From assembly GCF_009914755.1 (NCBI RefSeq), contig NC_060945.1: a DNA stretch of 64,000 nucleotides. The stretch is one strand, 5' to 3'. Origin of the DNA: the human T2T-CHM13v2.0 reference genome, Homo sapiens. Both the position numbers and the translations under genes were made by a program. The first letter of the stretch is position 1, and each line of letters opens with the position of its first letter. This document shows, piece by piece, positions 1 to 12,427 of this stretch. Below the pieces are notes generated by a model that did no database searches, was not told the origin of the DNA, and saw nothing but the letters and a program-made list of their open reading frames with translations.

Positions 1-33
1 GGGGGCAAGTTCTCTCCCAGGCATCTAGGGGAG

Positions 34-429
34 TGATATGGTTTGGCTCTGTGTCCCCACTCCAATCTCATCTGGAATTGTAATCCCCACATGTGGAGGG
101 AGGGACCTGGTGGGAGGTAATTTGATCATGGGGGCATTTTCCCCCAAGCTGTTCTTGTGATAGTGAGCTCTCATGAGATCTGATGGTTTTATAAGTGACG
201 GGCTTTCCTGCGCACACTTTCTTTCCTGCCACCATGTAAGACGTGCTTGCTTCTCCTTTGCCTTCTGCCATAATTGTAAGTTTCCTGAGGGAGGTCGCCT
301 AGCCATGCTTCCTGTTAAGCCTGTGAGTCAATTAAACCTCTTTTCTTTATAAATTACCCAGTTTCAGGTAGTATCTTTATAGCAGTGTGAGAACGGGGAG
401 GATCCTTTCTAAGGATTCTCCCTAATACA
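34..429 (+). mobile_element. MaLR solo LTR (MST/THE1 type) nested in an MLT1
   Basis: Termini TGATATGGTTTGGCT...CTAATACA; 5-bp TSD GGGAG at 29-33 and 430-434. Confidence 0.9.
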
Positions 430-767
430 GGGAGGGTCCTTTCTGGCTTCTTCCAGATCCTGGTGGCTGCTGACCGTCCTTGGCTTTCGTGGGTTTACTC
501 CCCAGTTTTCAAGGCCGGCATCTGTAAGTCTCTGTTCTGTCTGCATGCCACCTCCTTCCCTGTGTGTGGTCAAATCTCTCTCTGCTTCCCTCTTACAAGG
601 ATACAGGTGATTGCATTTAGGGTCCACCTGGATGATGCGGGGTATTCTCTCCAAGTCAAGATCCTTACTTCCATTTGCTGAGATTTTTGGCCATATAAAG
701 TTTGGCCATTTAAAGGTTCCAGGAATTAGGATCTGGATCGTCGAGGCCAATTTTTAAATCTACTACA
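430..767 (-). mobile_element. MLT1 (MaLR) LTR, split by the LTR above (continues at 1-33)
   Basis: Motifs caaatctctctctgcttccctcttacaaggatac and atttagggtccacctggat; ends ctactaca. Confidence 0.8.
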
Positions 768-1178
768 GTAGTTAAGCAGATTTCTGTACCGTAGGACATT
801 TTGAAACATTTATTACACTAAATATAATTCACTGAGAATCTCAAGAGGAGGGCTAAGAACTTCCTAAAATTGTTGAATCTTCAACACCCTTCTTCAAGCC
901 TGCTTTAAAAAAATTTATCCTGAGGCTACCATGAGACTAAAGCCTCTAGGAGTACTTCAGAAAATGTTATCCTATGGATAACTGGGCAACATTTCATATA
1001 TACAAACTCCTTGTCTAGCACTCAATACCTCACTCGATCCAACCCCATCTGTCATTCCTAGACTTTCTCTTACTATTTTCTTACTTAAAGTGTTCACCTT
1101 TAGTATGTTCTGATCACTGTTCTCCAAACACATACTGTGCTTTCCTGCCTCTATTTTTTCTCCTAAGTGAATGACCAC

Positions 1179-1545
1179 TGTATTCGTCCGTTTCCACACT
1201 GCTAATAACAACATACCCAAGACTGGGTAATTTATATAGAAAAAGAGGTTTAATGGACTCACAGTTCCATGTGGCTGGGGAGGCCTCATAATCATGGCAG
1301 AAGGTGAGGGAAGAACAAAGGCGTGTCCTACATTGAGGCAGGGAGAATGAGAACCAAGCAAAAGGGGAAACCCTTGATAAAATCATCAGATCTTGTAAGA
1401 CTTATTCACTACCACGAGCACAGTATGGGGCAAACTGCCCCCATGATTCAATTACCTCCCTCTGGGTCCCTCCCATGATGCGTGGGAATTTTGGGAGCTA
1501 CAATTCAAGATGAGATTTGGGAGGGGACACAGCCAAGCCATATCA
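1179..1545 (-). mobile_element. THE1-type solo LTR
   Basis: tgtatt...gactgggtaatttat...ccaagccatatca; TSD ACCAC/GCCAC. Confidence 0.92.
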
Positions 1546-3189
1546 GCCACCTATCCCCTTCCCCACTGCACCCCTAACTTGCAGCACTGTGACCCCTTTC
1601 TCTCTTATTAAGTCTGGGCATTCTCCAAGGCCCAGCTTTCTCTAAGTCTTCCTTAATCCCCCAAGAAAGGATCTCCCCTTTTCTAAATTTTAGCTTTAGT
1701 GTTGAGGTACCCTGGGGTCAATAATAATCCAGTATAGAAATGTGCGAATAGTTACTTTTTTTGTTTTACAAGCACCTTCAAAGTCATCCCTTGATTGATT
1801 GTGTTGTCTTTGCAATATGGAAACTGGAGCTAAAACAGGAAGTTAAAATTACAGCATAATGTTGGGGTTCCTCCAGGAAGTGGGGCATTTCAGGTTGAAC
1901 TTCATTTGATACCGTGTCTTAGTTTAAAAAAGTGAAAAAGTGGAGTCTGCAGGTGTGCCTCTCTCACTTGGAATCTCATCATCTATTTCCTTATGATAAT
2001 TAAGTCTTGTTCAAAGTAGTGTTTAACTTTTTATGTCAGACTCACAGGTATGGCTCCTGTTTTGTAACTTACCTCTTCCCCCCTCCCTCATGGTACCTAC
2101 TGATAAATACTTAGTGACTACTTGGTTATTTCCAATTTATTAAAAAAAAAAACAGATTTTTAAAAAGAGAATGCAAGGAAGAATCGTGTAAAATAATTCT
2201 GATGAATGCAACTCTCGATTTACTCAAAGAAAGATTTCTTTCTTCCTTGATGGCCTTAGAGTAACATTTCCAAATCTGACAAGAGAAAATAATGAGAAAA
2301 CCTCCATGGGAGAGATTAGAGATGGGTCTGAAACCTTTCCTCTTATTAAAGCCAAGGAAACAGGGTGGGGAACACACACAAGCAGAGAGTAGCCTGGATT
2401 TCTTTCTTAAATCCAGACTCGTTTTGTCCTTTTCACGTCTTACTGAGAGTGTTCTTGTTAAGAATGCGTGGTGGAAGAAGGGACCGCAAAGGCTTGTCCC
2501 TGGGATGTGGGGACTCAGCGACTCTCAGGAGAAAATAATTTTGGGAAGGAGATTATTGAAGAGTCAGGGCACAGTGGCCTCTGGGTTTAATTGGACACTT
2601 CTGAGTATGAGAGCTATAACCTGAATTAAATAAATCTCCACTAAGAAAAATATCCCTAGCAACTAAGCAGGGAATGATATTTGGTTTGGGTTTGACTTCA
2701 GGAAATCAAAAGTGTGCTTTATCTCCCTGAATTCTGTGAGCTGGACTGTGTGAGTCCAGGAAGCAATCACCCTCTATATCCCCATCTGTCCAAGGGGAGT
2801 GTGTGGTACCAGGAGGGAAGCACTTGCATATTTGGCAGGAAAGATCACTAGTATTTAGCAATGAAACCCACAGGTATACTCTGGCAACAATGAGATTTCA
2901 GGTGTAAGGTGCAGTGTTACTTGTCAGAATAAACGTACTGCAGGTAACAAACACCACATATCCAAATCCCGTAAGTAGTAGAAATCGATCAACAAGAATT
3001 TTTTAGTACCTAATGGAAATTTATAAAATCATAGAGTGACATCATAACCCTTGGGTTTTTTTTTTAACCTCGAGTCTTTAAAAGGGTTGAATACAGTACA
3101 AGGTGATAAAACTCAACAATATGAATATTATTATAATGGGCTTGAGTTGAGAATAGTAAGTAAAACAAGGTATGGAAGATAATGATACT

Positions 3190-3560
3190 TTGTCATTTTC
3201 ACCTTTGTTTGAGTGCCTGATATGGGACAGTTGCTATGTTACATGTTTTATATGCATTATATATTAGTTTTCAATATATGAATATATTATCTCTCTCTCA
3301 GCTTTCAGTGTATCTGTTAGTTTATATACACAGGGAACATAATCAAATGCAGTTATACATATTTATATATGTATAAATATACATATTAGCACACATGTGC
3401 ACATACCCATTAGCTTTGTGTATATTATGAAACCCAGGTGGGGAGCTGGTATGATCAGTGGCAGAAACTCGGACCAGAGGGGTTAAGTGAGTTGCCTGTA
3501 GCCTCACAGCTAGGAGGTGGCTGGGCCACAGTTAGATCAGCTCTGTCTGTCTCTTAAGGC
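3190..3560 (-). mobile_element. MIR fragments around a TA-rich spacer
   Basis: cagaggggttaagtgagttgcc...cacagctagg MIR core. Confidence 0.6.
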
Positions 3561-5934
3561 CACACTGACGTGCCTCACCTGATAAGCACTACACCCTCTG
3601 TGGACGGCAGGGATGTTGTGCTAATTGTGGAGAAGCCTTTATGAATGCAATTCTGGGCTGCAGAGAAATTCTGAGTCAATATTTAAACATGTAGATATCC
3701 CCAACCCCCAACACCTTTGAGCCTGAAATGTCATATCTTGTGATAAAGGTGACATGGAATCAGGAAAGCACACCGGGGTGTAGGTGGTGATGTTTTTACT
3801 GCTGAACATCCCGGACGCCTTGACTTTTTCCTCTCTGGGAAGCCATCGAGGAGGTGGCTTTCTCCCACTGGTGCCATCCACCTTCATCCGAGTTTAATTC
3901 CCCGCAGCACTGGAAGCCAGGGTGCTTCCCCGGCCTGCTTCCCTTCCCCAGCTGAATTCAGGGAGCCTGTGGGCTGTCCCAGCTCACACACCTGTCACCA
4001 GGGAGAAGGCAGGCCTGGGAGCTGGGGGGTGATGGATTCTTGATGAAAAGTCCCTGAAGAGATCAGTTTCCTTTCGGTGACAAAGTAACATGAGGCAAAG
4101 CGGGCTGCATGAGGTGAAAAGCAAATTCCTCCAAGCAGGTGTTTGCATCAGTCCCGGTCCGGGAGAGGCCCATGGCTCTGCGTGGCAGGCTGTCCTCCCC
4201 ACCCTCGTAGCTGCGCTCTGCGGAGTTTCAGCCTTTAAAATTCAGTGTTCTGCTGCTCCCTCTGACCATCTGCTCACTCAATTTCCAGAGCTGAGGCTGA
4301 GGCTCAGCGCTTCCTAAACATGCTGCCTTCTCCCAGCTGTGGACTGTCCACGCTTCCCTGATGAGTTAGCCATCTACTCTGTACCCTCCAGGCTGTCTAC
4401 CCTGCACCCTCCAGCTTTTCTCTTGGCCACACATCTGGGCATCTCTTCCAAATGGCCATTTGTTTGCAGGTCCCATTTGTTTGCATGGCCATTTGTTTGC
4501 TCTCTGAGGGTGCAGGGAAAGGCTGGCACCCCAAAATCCAGCCATGCAGCCTAACCCAGGGCCTGTGCCATCCTGGGGGAGACTTCCTCTCCTATTGCCC
4601 TCTGCCTTGCCTGGGTAGAACCTGCTGTTACCAGAGGTTGATGGGAGGATGAGCAGAAGTGGGAGTGGCGGGAGGTGGGGGATGGAGCCTGAACCAGGGG
4701 TGGAGGTGGTGGGAGGGAGGAGCGGGCTCTTGGAGCCAGGTGGCAGATTGTGGGAGGAGGGCGGGAGGGACAGTGAGACACAGTGAGATGGGGTGGCAGT
4801 TGGTGGGAGGCGGGGAAGGCGAGCGGAGGAAGTGTGAGGCAAGAGAGTTTAAAAATGTGTTTATTTACTTTTCTACTTTGGGCTGGAGCAAAGGCAAGTG
4901 GGGGTAGGTGCCTTTCATGTTCCCTCTGGGAGCTGGGGGCCTCCAGCTTTGGAGAGGTGCTTCTGCACTTGGGTTTGGTTGGGGCTCCTGGATGTCACCT
5001 GGGCACCCCACTGGCTTGGAAGGGGCTGGGAACACATCCCGCTGCTGGGTGTGTGGGGGCCAGGGGGCAGTGATGGAGACAGAGGCAGAGGTGTGTGGAG
5101 CTTGTGGCCCCAGTGATGATGGTGGCCGCCTGGCTCAGGCCTCTGTGTCTGAGTTGCCAAGCTGGGCTGGTAATGCAGTGACTCATGTCGTGAACAGCTG
5201 CTTTGCCCATGATTACTTTCTGTAAGAGGAGTGGCAAATGAGGAAGGCCAAAGTCCCTGTGAACCCATGCGAGAGAGGAAGACACTGGAGTGAAATGCTC
5301 CATGGAGGCTTTGCCCACGCAGGGGTGCCCCCGAGATGGGGGCAAATGGAACCAAGTGAAAAGGTCCATAGCTGCCCCAGAGCCGGGCTTTCCATTACCA
5401 ATAACTTGGAAAGGCAAAATGAGTGAGAAAAATTATTATTGAGGAAGTCATCGGGCAGGCCCTAAAACCTGCTGTTGTGGAAAGAATGACACTCTCGTTC
5501 CATGTTCTGGGAGAAAATGGCCAGCTCTGCTCAGAATCAGGGTCCCCGCCTCCTCCACCTGCCCACTTTCCTGCTCTCCTGTGTCTGTCAGTCCCCAAGG
5601 CAGTGGTATTTCCAACTCCCCGACAACACCATCACGATGGAAAAATCAGTGCATCTTTCTGAGCCTCAATCAGATCATCAATTAAATACAGATTCTTATG
5701 TCTGAATTGTCTCCACAGTCAGGTGGCTGACCAGACAGACTCTCCTGGTGGCTTCCTGGAGTGGTTCAGGTTGATCATCCCAGTGTTAGGCAAGTGGAAG
5801 GTGGGAGGCCGTAGCCTGGAGACCACAGGCCTAGGGAGGGTCTGAGACTGACTAGCAAATCCTGCCATTACTGCAGAAGAATAAATGCCTGGGTCTGTTT
5901 GGCCTTCCTCTTCCTTCCTGGTTTCATCTACAGC

Positions 5935-6137
5935 ATTGATTTTCAACTACTCCCCTGGGGGTGACTTTGCTCCCCCAGGGAAAATTTAGACATGTCTGAA
6001 GTCACCTTGTTGTCATACCTAGAGGGAGGGTGCTACTGGCTTCCGGTGGGTTGAGGTCAAGTTGATCATCCTACAATTCACATCAAGAATTACACAGCTG
6101 ACAAATCTCACTGGTGGCCACGCTGAGAAAGCCCAGT
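5935..6137. mobile_element. MER20-like hAT-Charlie DNA transposon
   Basis: gggggtgactttgctcccccaggg...gtgctactggc...gctgagaaagccc. Confidence 0.7.
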
Positions 6138-8179
6138 TCATTCCTTCCCAGTGCCAGAGAGAAGGTGTGGGCATCAGAGAGGTGAGTTTCTTACCAACCA
6201 AGTAAGGGACATTCATCAGAAGGTGAGGGGCAACGTGATCTCCAAGACAGCAGAAAGAAAGGAGATGAATTTTTAGGTAACAGTTTTAGCCCCATTTCCA
6301 TTTGCACAAAGACCAGTAATAACTTACAGGAATGTCACGCGTGATGGTTCTAAAATTTTGCTGTTTTGCAAACCCCTGCATGTTTGTACCAGTTAAATGC
6401 TTTAAGCCACATGCTCATTCTGGATATGGCAAGGGAGGGAATTGCATTCTTATTTGGAAATGGCCGTTAGGGGGAAGATCCTGGGCAGTGAGTGCAGGAG
6501 GCAGCAAATAAAAACTACAGGATCAAGAAAGTCCCACCCTGAGGGACATGGGAGGGAGAAGAAGGGAGAGCAGGCAAGGCGGGAAGCCCCCCTTGCATGG
6601 AGACATGGCTCAGGCCTTCTAGTCCATTTCAGCCCTGTCAGCCTCAGAGGTAGGTAGGATCTCTGATTCCAACTGAACATGCCTGTAATCTCAACCAGGA
6701 AGCAATTATCCTTGAGTTTAAAAGATGTTTTCCAGTAAGGACAAACGTATCTCACAGTGAAAAAATACCAGCTTTTCAGAGGAGCACAGACAGGGAAGAG
6801 CCTACTAGCTTGCTTTTGCTTTCAATCAAAGGCTGCTTTTCTGCCTAATGGTGGGACTGAAATGATACATTGTACAGGGACTGCACTAATGTGATGAAGA
6901 AGCATAAACGAAGTTTCTGCTGCTGCTCCCAGCCAGCCCTTCTTAGTATCCACTGAGTGCCTCACTCCCCTGGTCCTGCAGGTAACCCAGCAATGAATAA
7001 CAAAAGAGAGGCTGAATCCCTCAGTTACAAGTTGAGATGACAGGAGGCAATTTGGCAAGCATGAGCAGACAGGGGTGGTGAAGGAAAGCTCTTGGAGCCA
7101 TAGGAGAGCATGAAAACCCGCCTCTAGGTTGGCCTTCAGGACCTGTTCCCAGAAGTACATGGCAGAAGCTCTTGGTAAGGGAATGACTGCTTCTGTTAGT
7201 ACCTGTGCTGGCAACTCAAAACCTGCACCTGCCTCCAGTCCTGTAGCTCACCTAGCTCAGCTCACCCTGCAGGAGGGGCACACGGTCCTGGGGCAAAGGA
7301 GGCAGGGGAATGCGCAAGGAGGGGAAGTGGAGAATTGTCAGAAGGCGGTCTTGCGGGGAGAGACTGGGCAGCCTTAGTGATACCTGCCCACTATGGAAGA
7401 GGAAGGCAAATGAGAAGGGAGGTTTTGGAGAGAAGAAAGGCAGTAGAGGGAAGTAAGTACCATTCTGCAGGGACAGTAGAAGGCACACTGATGGACAGCT
7501 GAGGGGGATGGAGTCCCTGTGGGACTTTAAGAAGACCCCAAACCTCCTTTATAAAGGAAGTATGCCTCTGGTAGGGACATAGCAATGTTTTCCTGGGTGG
7601 TTGTCACTGCAGAGCTCATTAGACAATAATCAGAAATAAAACATCACAGCCATGTCTTAAAATATGTAATGGCAGGAACTGAGTTGTCAAGAGTAATGAG
7701 TTTAAGTCAAGTTACTTTTGAGATGATGCTATAACTACCTGCGTGAGTGTGAACCTGAGATAAGGATCTTAGTATTTAAAGTGCCTAAATTTCATTGGTA
7801 GGGAGAAAGTGCATTTTAAAAAGCACCATCTAGTGGGCCTGGAGTAGCTTTTGTCCCGGGGGATAAAGGGTCATTTAGCACCTTAAAGACCATATACGAT
7901 GAACAGCTCTGCCCCGCGTGAGGTGACACAACGTCTTCCTCGGCCCTTAACTCCCAGCCCAGCTACAGGATCTACAGAAATCTACAGGATTCTCCCATTG
8001 TCAGGAACCCTGGGACCTCCGGATGAATGGGCTCCCATCTAGAATTCTGACACCTGCTTTCCTGGCTCTTTGTCTTGGTTGCTGGGACCCAGGCTTTGTC
8101 TTTGTAGGCAGGTGGTTCTGGAGGCATGGGGCAGTCATCTGCTCTCTGACGGTCAACTCAGGTTTTCCCCGTGCCCATC

Positions 8180-8900
<721 letters not shown>

Positions 8901-8904
8901 CCTC

Positions 8905-9276
8905 CTTCCAAACACAGAGTGGAATTGTGCCCCCTTCATCTTGGAAGTTAGGCGAGGTTATTGACTTGCTTTGGCTAATGCAATCAGAGCAGAAGTGACA
9001 TGTGTCATGTGTCACTTCTGGATGGAATTTTAAGATGCAGTGTCAATATACCATGTGCTCTTCCCCACCATGGCCATGGATGTGAAAACGCAGGTGGAGA
9101 TGCAGCCTCCGAGACTGTGGGGGTCCCAGGGTGACCCTAACATGTCCAGTTCATGGCTGACCAGTGTGGACAAGTGGCATAAAGGAGAAATAAACGTGTG
9201 TGCATATGCATGTACATTCAGCCACAGAGATGTTTTTGTTATTGCAACATAACTTAGCCTCATGCCACTGATATAC
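8905..9276 (+). mobile_element. Old MLT1 (J/I-like) LTR
   Basis: gacttgctttggctaatg...agaagtgacatgtgtc...aataaac...ctgatataca. Confidence 0.7.
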
Positions 9277-9599
9277 ACACACCTGCCCTATTTGTATCCT
9301 AGAGAGTAGGGAGTTCTTTCCCAAAGGGCACACTGACTGTGGACCAAAAATAACTCCAAACAACTGAAGCCTGTGCCTACCAATGGAAAACCCTAAACTC
9401 AATATATTTGCATTTGAACCAATTGTAACAGCTTATCAAATGACTCCTTCTACCACCTGCATTTCTAGCCCTGGGGTGTCTCGAAAGCTTCGCCAAGCCT
9501 CTCTCCTAAGCTCAAAGTCCTTTCTTGTCCTCCACTACATCCCACTGGTCACCACCTCTTAAATTCATTTCAGATCCACTCTTGTCTAGGTCCCCAGAG

Positions 9600-10160
9600 C
9601 CTCTCAGCTCATGTGGTGTGCCAGCTCCTGGATTCTTTCATCCGTGTATGCCCAACCTGCAATCCACGCCATGATGCCTCAGTGGATTCCTTCTAAAATG
9701 CTGATCTTCTTTGAAACCTTCAGCACTGCCCCATTACCCACAGGAAAAATTCAAGCCACATACAGGCCCTTTTATAATCTGACCTCTCCTATCTGCCCAG
9801 TCATCTGCTATCAATGCTTTGCTCTTCCGCCACCTCTGTCTTCCTGCATGACGTTCTAGCACTTACAGTCCCATTGGCTGCCTGGTGGAACCCTGATCAT
9901 CCTTTGGGTGCCTTTTTGATGCAGGAGCACACTGGGGTCTGTAAAAGGAAAGCCTCGTGGCCTGCACCTGCAAGCTACAGCGACTTACAGGATGCTTCTG
10001 CAAGAACGCATGCCACATGTCATAGCTGTTACTCTCTTGCCTCCTTTGCCCCCAAATGTTGCGCCTGGTGCAGGCAGGAACCCCATCTTTTTGTCTTTCT
10101 GTGCCTTAACACAATGCCAGAGCTATAATAACCACCCCATAAAAAAGGGAATAAATGATT
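9600..10160 (+). mobile_element. L2 fragment
   Basis: Degenerate L2 3'-region motifs; boundaries approximate. Confidence 0.45.
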
Positions 10161-11333
10161 AAAAACCACTCTGCTTTAATTGAGCTAATTTAATGTGTGG
10201 TGATTGTAATTGGTTCTCTGTCTTCATTTCATCTGACACAACAGCATTTCAAATCTGTACTAAATTTGAGCTGTTTCTTTAGTCATAGGAGGAATTCCCT
10301 CTATATCAAAGCAGACAGCCAAGACCTCTGAACCCCTCACAGAGCAGGTCCTTGACTCTTTGCAGAAAAAGAAACCATAGTCTTTTTGCCTGTTTCTGGC
10401 TGGATGAAGATTCAGCCCCTGGAGCTACTCAGAATAAAGCTGCTGCTCTGTTATTTATTTGGAAATGATGAGTACCTCTTCTCTGCTCCATGTGGATGTG
10501 TTATGGTGGTGATTTCAAGGTGGACCATGACCAAAGGGATGGCTGGGGTAGAATGGCTCATGACAACAACCCCTAGGGACGCTCTGGCTGCCAAGGAAAA
10601 GTGGGGAGTGGGCATGCCTGAGAGAGACTGGCAGGATAGAGACAGAAAGCAAGAGGAAGCCAACTCCTTCTGCCAAGATGCAGAGACAGCCACAGGTAGC
10701 TCAGGCGGCCCCCACTTACTGATGCAGTAATGCATGGCAGACACACAACTGATGCAGAGAAGGGGACAGAAGTGTGATTTCAGCTTGCCAGCAGAACCCT
10801 GAGGTTGGAGGTGGGGGGTCCTAGGGAAGGGATCCTGCAGCCAGGAGAAGACATCAGGGCCAAGTCCACTGCCTGTTCAACTCTTGCAACTCCAACACCA
10901 TGCACAAGACCAGATATCTGATTACAATTTAAATATCAATGAAACCATGTGGCAAGACTTCCTGCGCTGTATTTGATGCATTCCCAGGACCTCCAAGGTT
11001 GGAGGGCAGTGATGTGTCAGCAGACAATGACCATGAAGAAAATTACCTTTGGAAATTTATGTAAGAACAGCCTGCAAAGTATTCCATGCAGACCATGATT
11101 CAGAGCTTTCGGGCTATTTGCCTGCCTCTGGACATCTCCAATTTGTCATCATCTGAGAGGCCAGGACAGAGTCTACTAGGCTGTGTCACCTCTGATGATG
11201 GCACGGTTTGGGTCACTGCATGCCTGTCTTTAGACAATATTGGGAGCCTCCACTAGAATCAGGCTTTCAGTTTCATTTCAGTCAGTGGGTGTAGTGGTAA
11301 AGTGCTGGTTACCAGCGAGCAAGCTGAGAGTCA

Positions 11334-11361
11334 CCCTAACCCTAACCCTAACCCTAACCCT
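11334..11361 (+). repeat. Interstitial telomeric repeat (CCCTAA)4CCCT
   Basis: Perfect tandem copies read directly. Confidence 0.95.
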
Positions 11362-11487
11362 CCAGTGTGGGCTTTCTGGTTGCCTCATTTGGAATGGGCT
11401 TCTGGTAGTCTAAGTATGAAAATATCCACTGTGAAGATGCAAATAGAGATTAACATTTCAAAGGGTAGTGTTAAAAAATTGGCAGCC

Positions 11488-12427
11488 CACTTTTTGATGC
11501 GATCTATCCATCTGACAAAGGGCTAATATCCAGAATCTACAAATAACTTAAACAAAATTTACACGAAAAAAACAAACAACCCCATCAAAAAGTGGGTGAA
11601 GGATATGAACAGGCACTTGTCAAAAGAAGACATTTATGCAGCCAACAAACATATGAAAAAATGCTCATCATCACTGGTCATTAGAGAAATGCAAATCAAA
11701 ACCACAATGAGATACCATCTCAAGCCAGTTAGAATGGTGATCATTAAAAAGTCAGGAAACAACAGATGCTAGAGAGGATGTGGAGAAGTAGGAACATTTT
11801 ACACTGTTGGTGGGAGTGTAAATTAGTTCAGCCATAGTGGAATACAGTGTGGCGATTCCTCAAGGATCTAGAACCAGAAATACCATTTGACCCAGCAATC
11901 CCATTACTGGGTATATACCCAAAGGATTATAAATCATTCTACTATAAAGCCACATGCACACACATGTTTATTGTGGCACTGTTCACAATAGCAAAGACTT
12001 GGAACCAACCCAAATGCCCATCAATGATAGACTGGATAAAGAAAATGTGGCACATATACACCATGGAATACCATGCAGCCATAAAAAAGGATGAGTTCAC
12101 GTCCTTTGCAGGGACATGGATGAAGCTGGAAACTATCATTCTCAGCAAACTAACACGAGAACGGGAAACCAAACACTGCATGTTCTCACTCATAGGTGGA
12201 AGTTGAACAATGAGAACACATGGGCACAGGGAGGGGAACATAACATACCAGGGCCTGTCAGGGGTTGGGGGGCCAGAGGAGGGATAACATTAGGAGAAAT
12301 ACCTAATGTAGATGATGGGTTGATGGGTGCAGCAAACCACCATGGCATGTGTATACCTCTGTAACAAATCTGCACGTTCTGCACATGTATCCCAGAACTT
12401 AAAGTATTATATATAAAAAAAGATTTA
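11488..12427 (+). mobile_element. 5'-truncated L1PA (PA7/8-like): ORF2 C-terminus and 3'UTR
   Basis: ORF 11847-12206 is L1 ORF2p C-terminal sequence (PFDPAIPLLGIYP...TWNQPKCPS); 15-bp TSD AAAAAATTGGCAGCC at 11473-11487 and 12428-12442. Confidence 0.96.

Noticed and set aside
4366-5417. Cluster of overlapping 100-158 aa ORFs
   Set aside because: G-rich, stop-poor composition opens frames on both strands; peptides are low complexity.
8991-9019. Inverted repeat AGAAGTGACA...TGTCACTTCT
   Set aside because: A palindrome I recall as intrinsic to old MLT1 LTRs, here with a 7-nt slippage duplication.
11847-12206. 119-aa ORF with protein-like composition
   Set aside because: It is the L1 ORF2p C-terminus of a truncated element, not a host gene.
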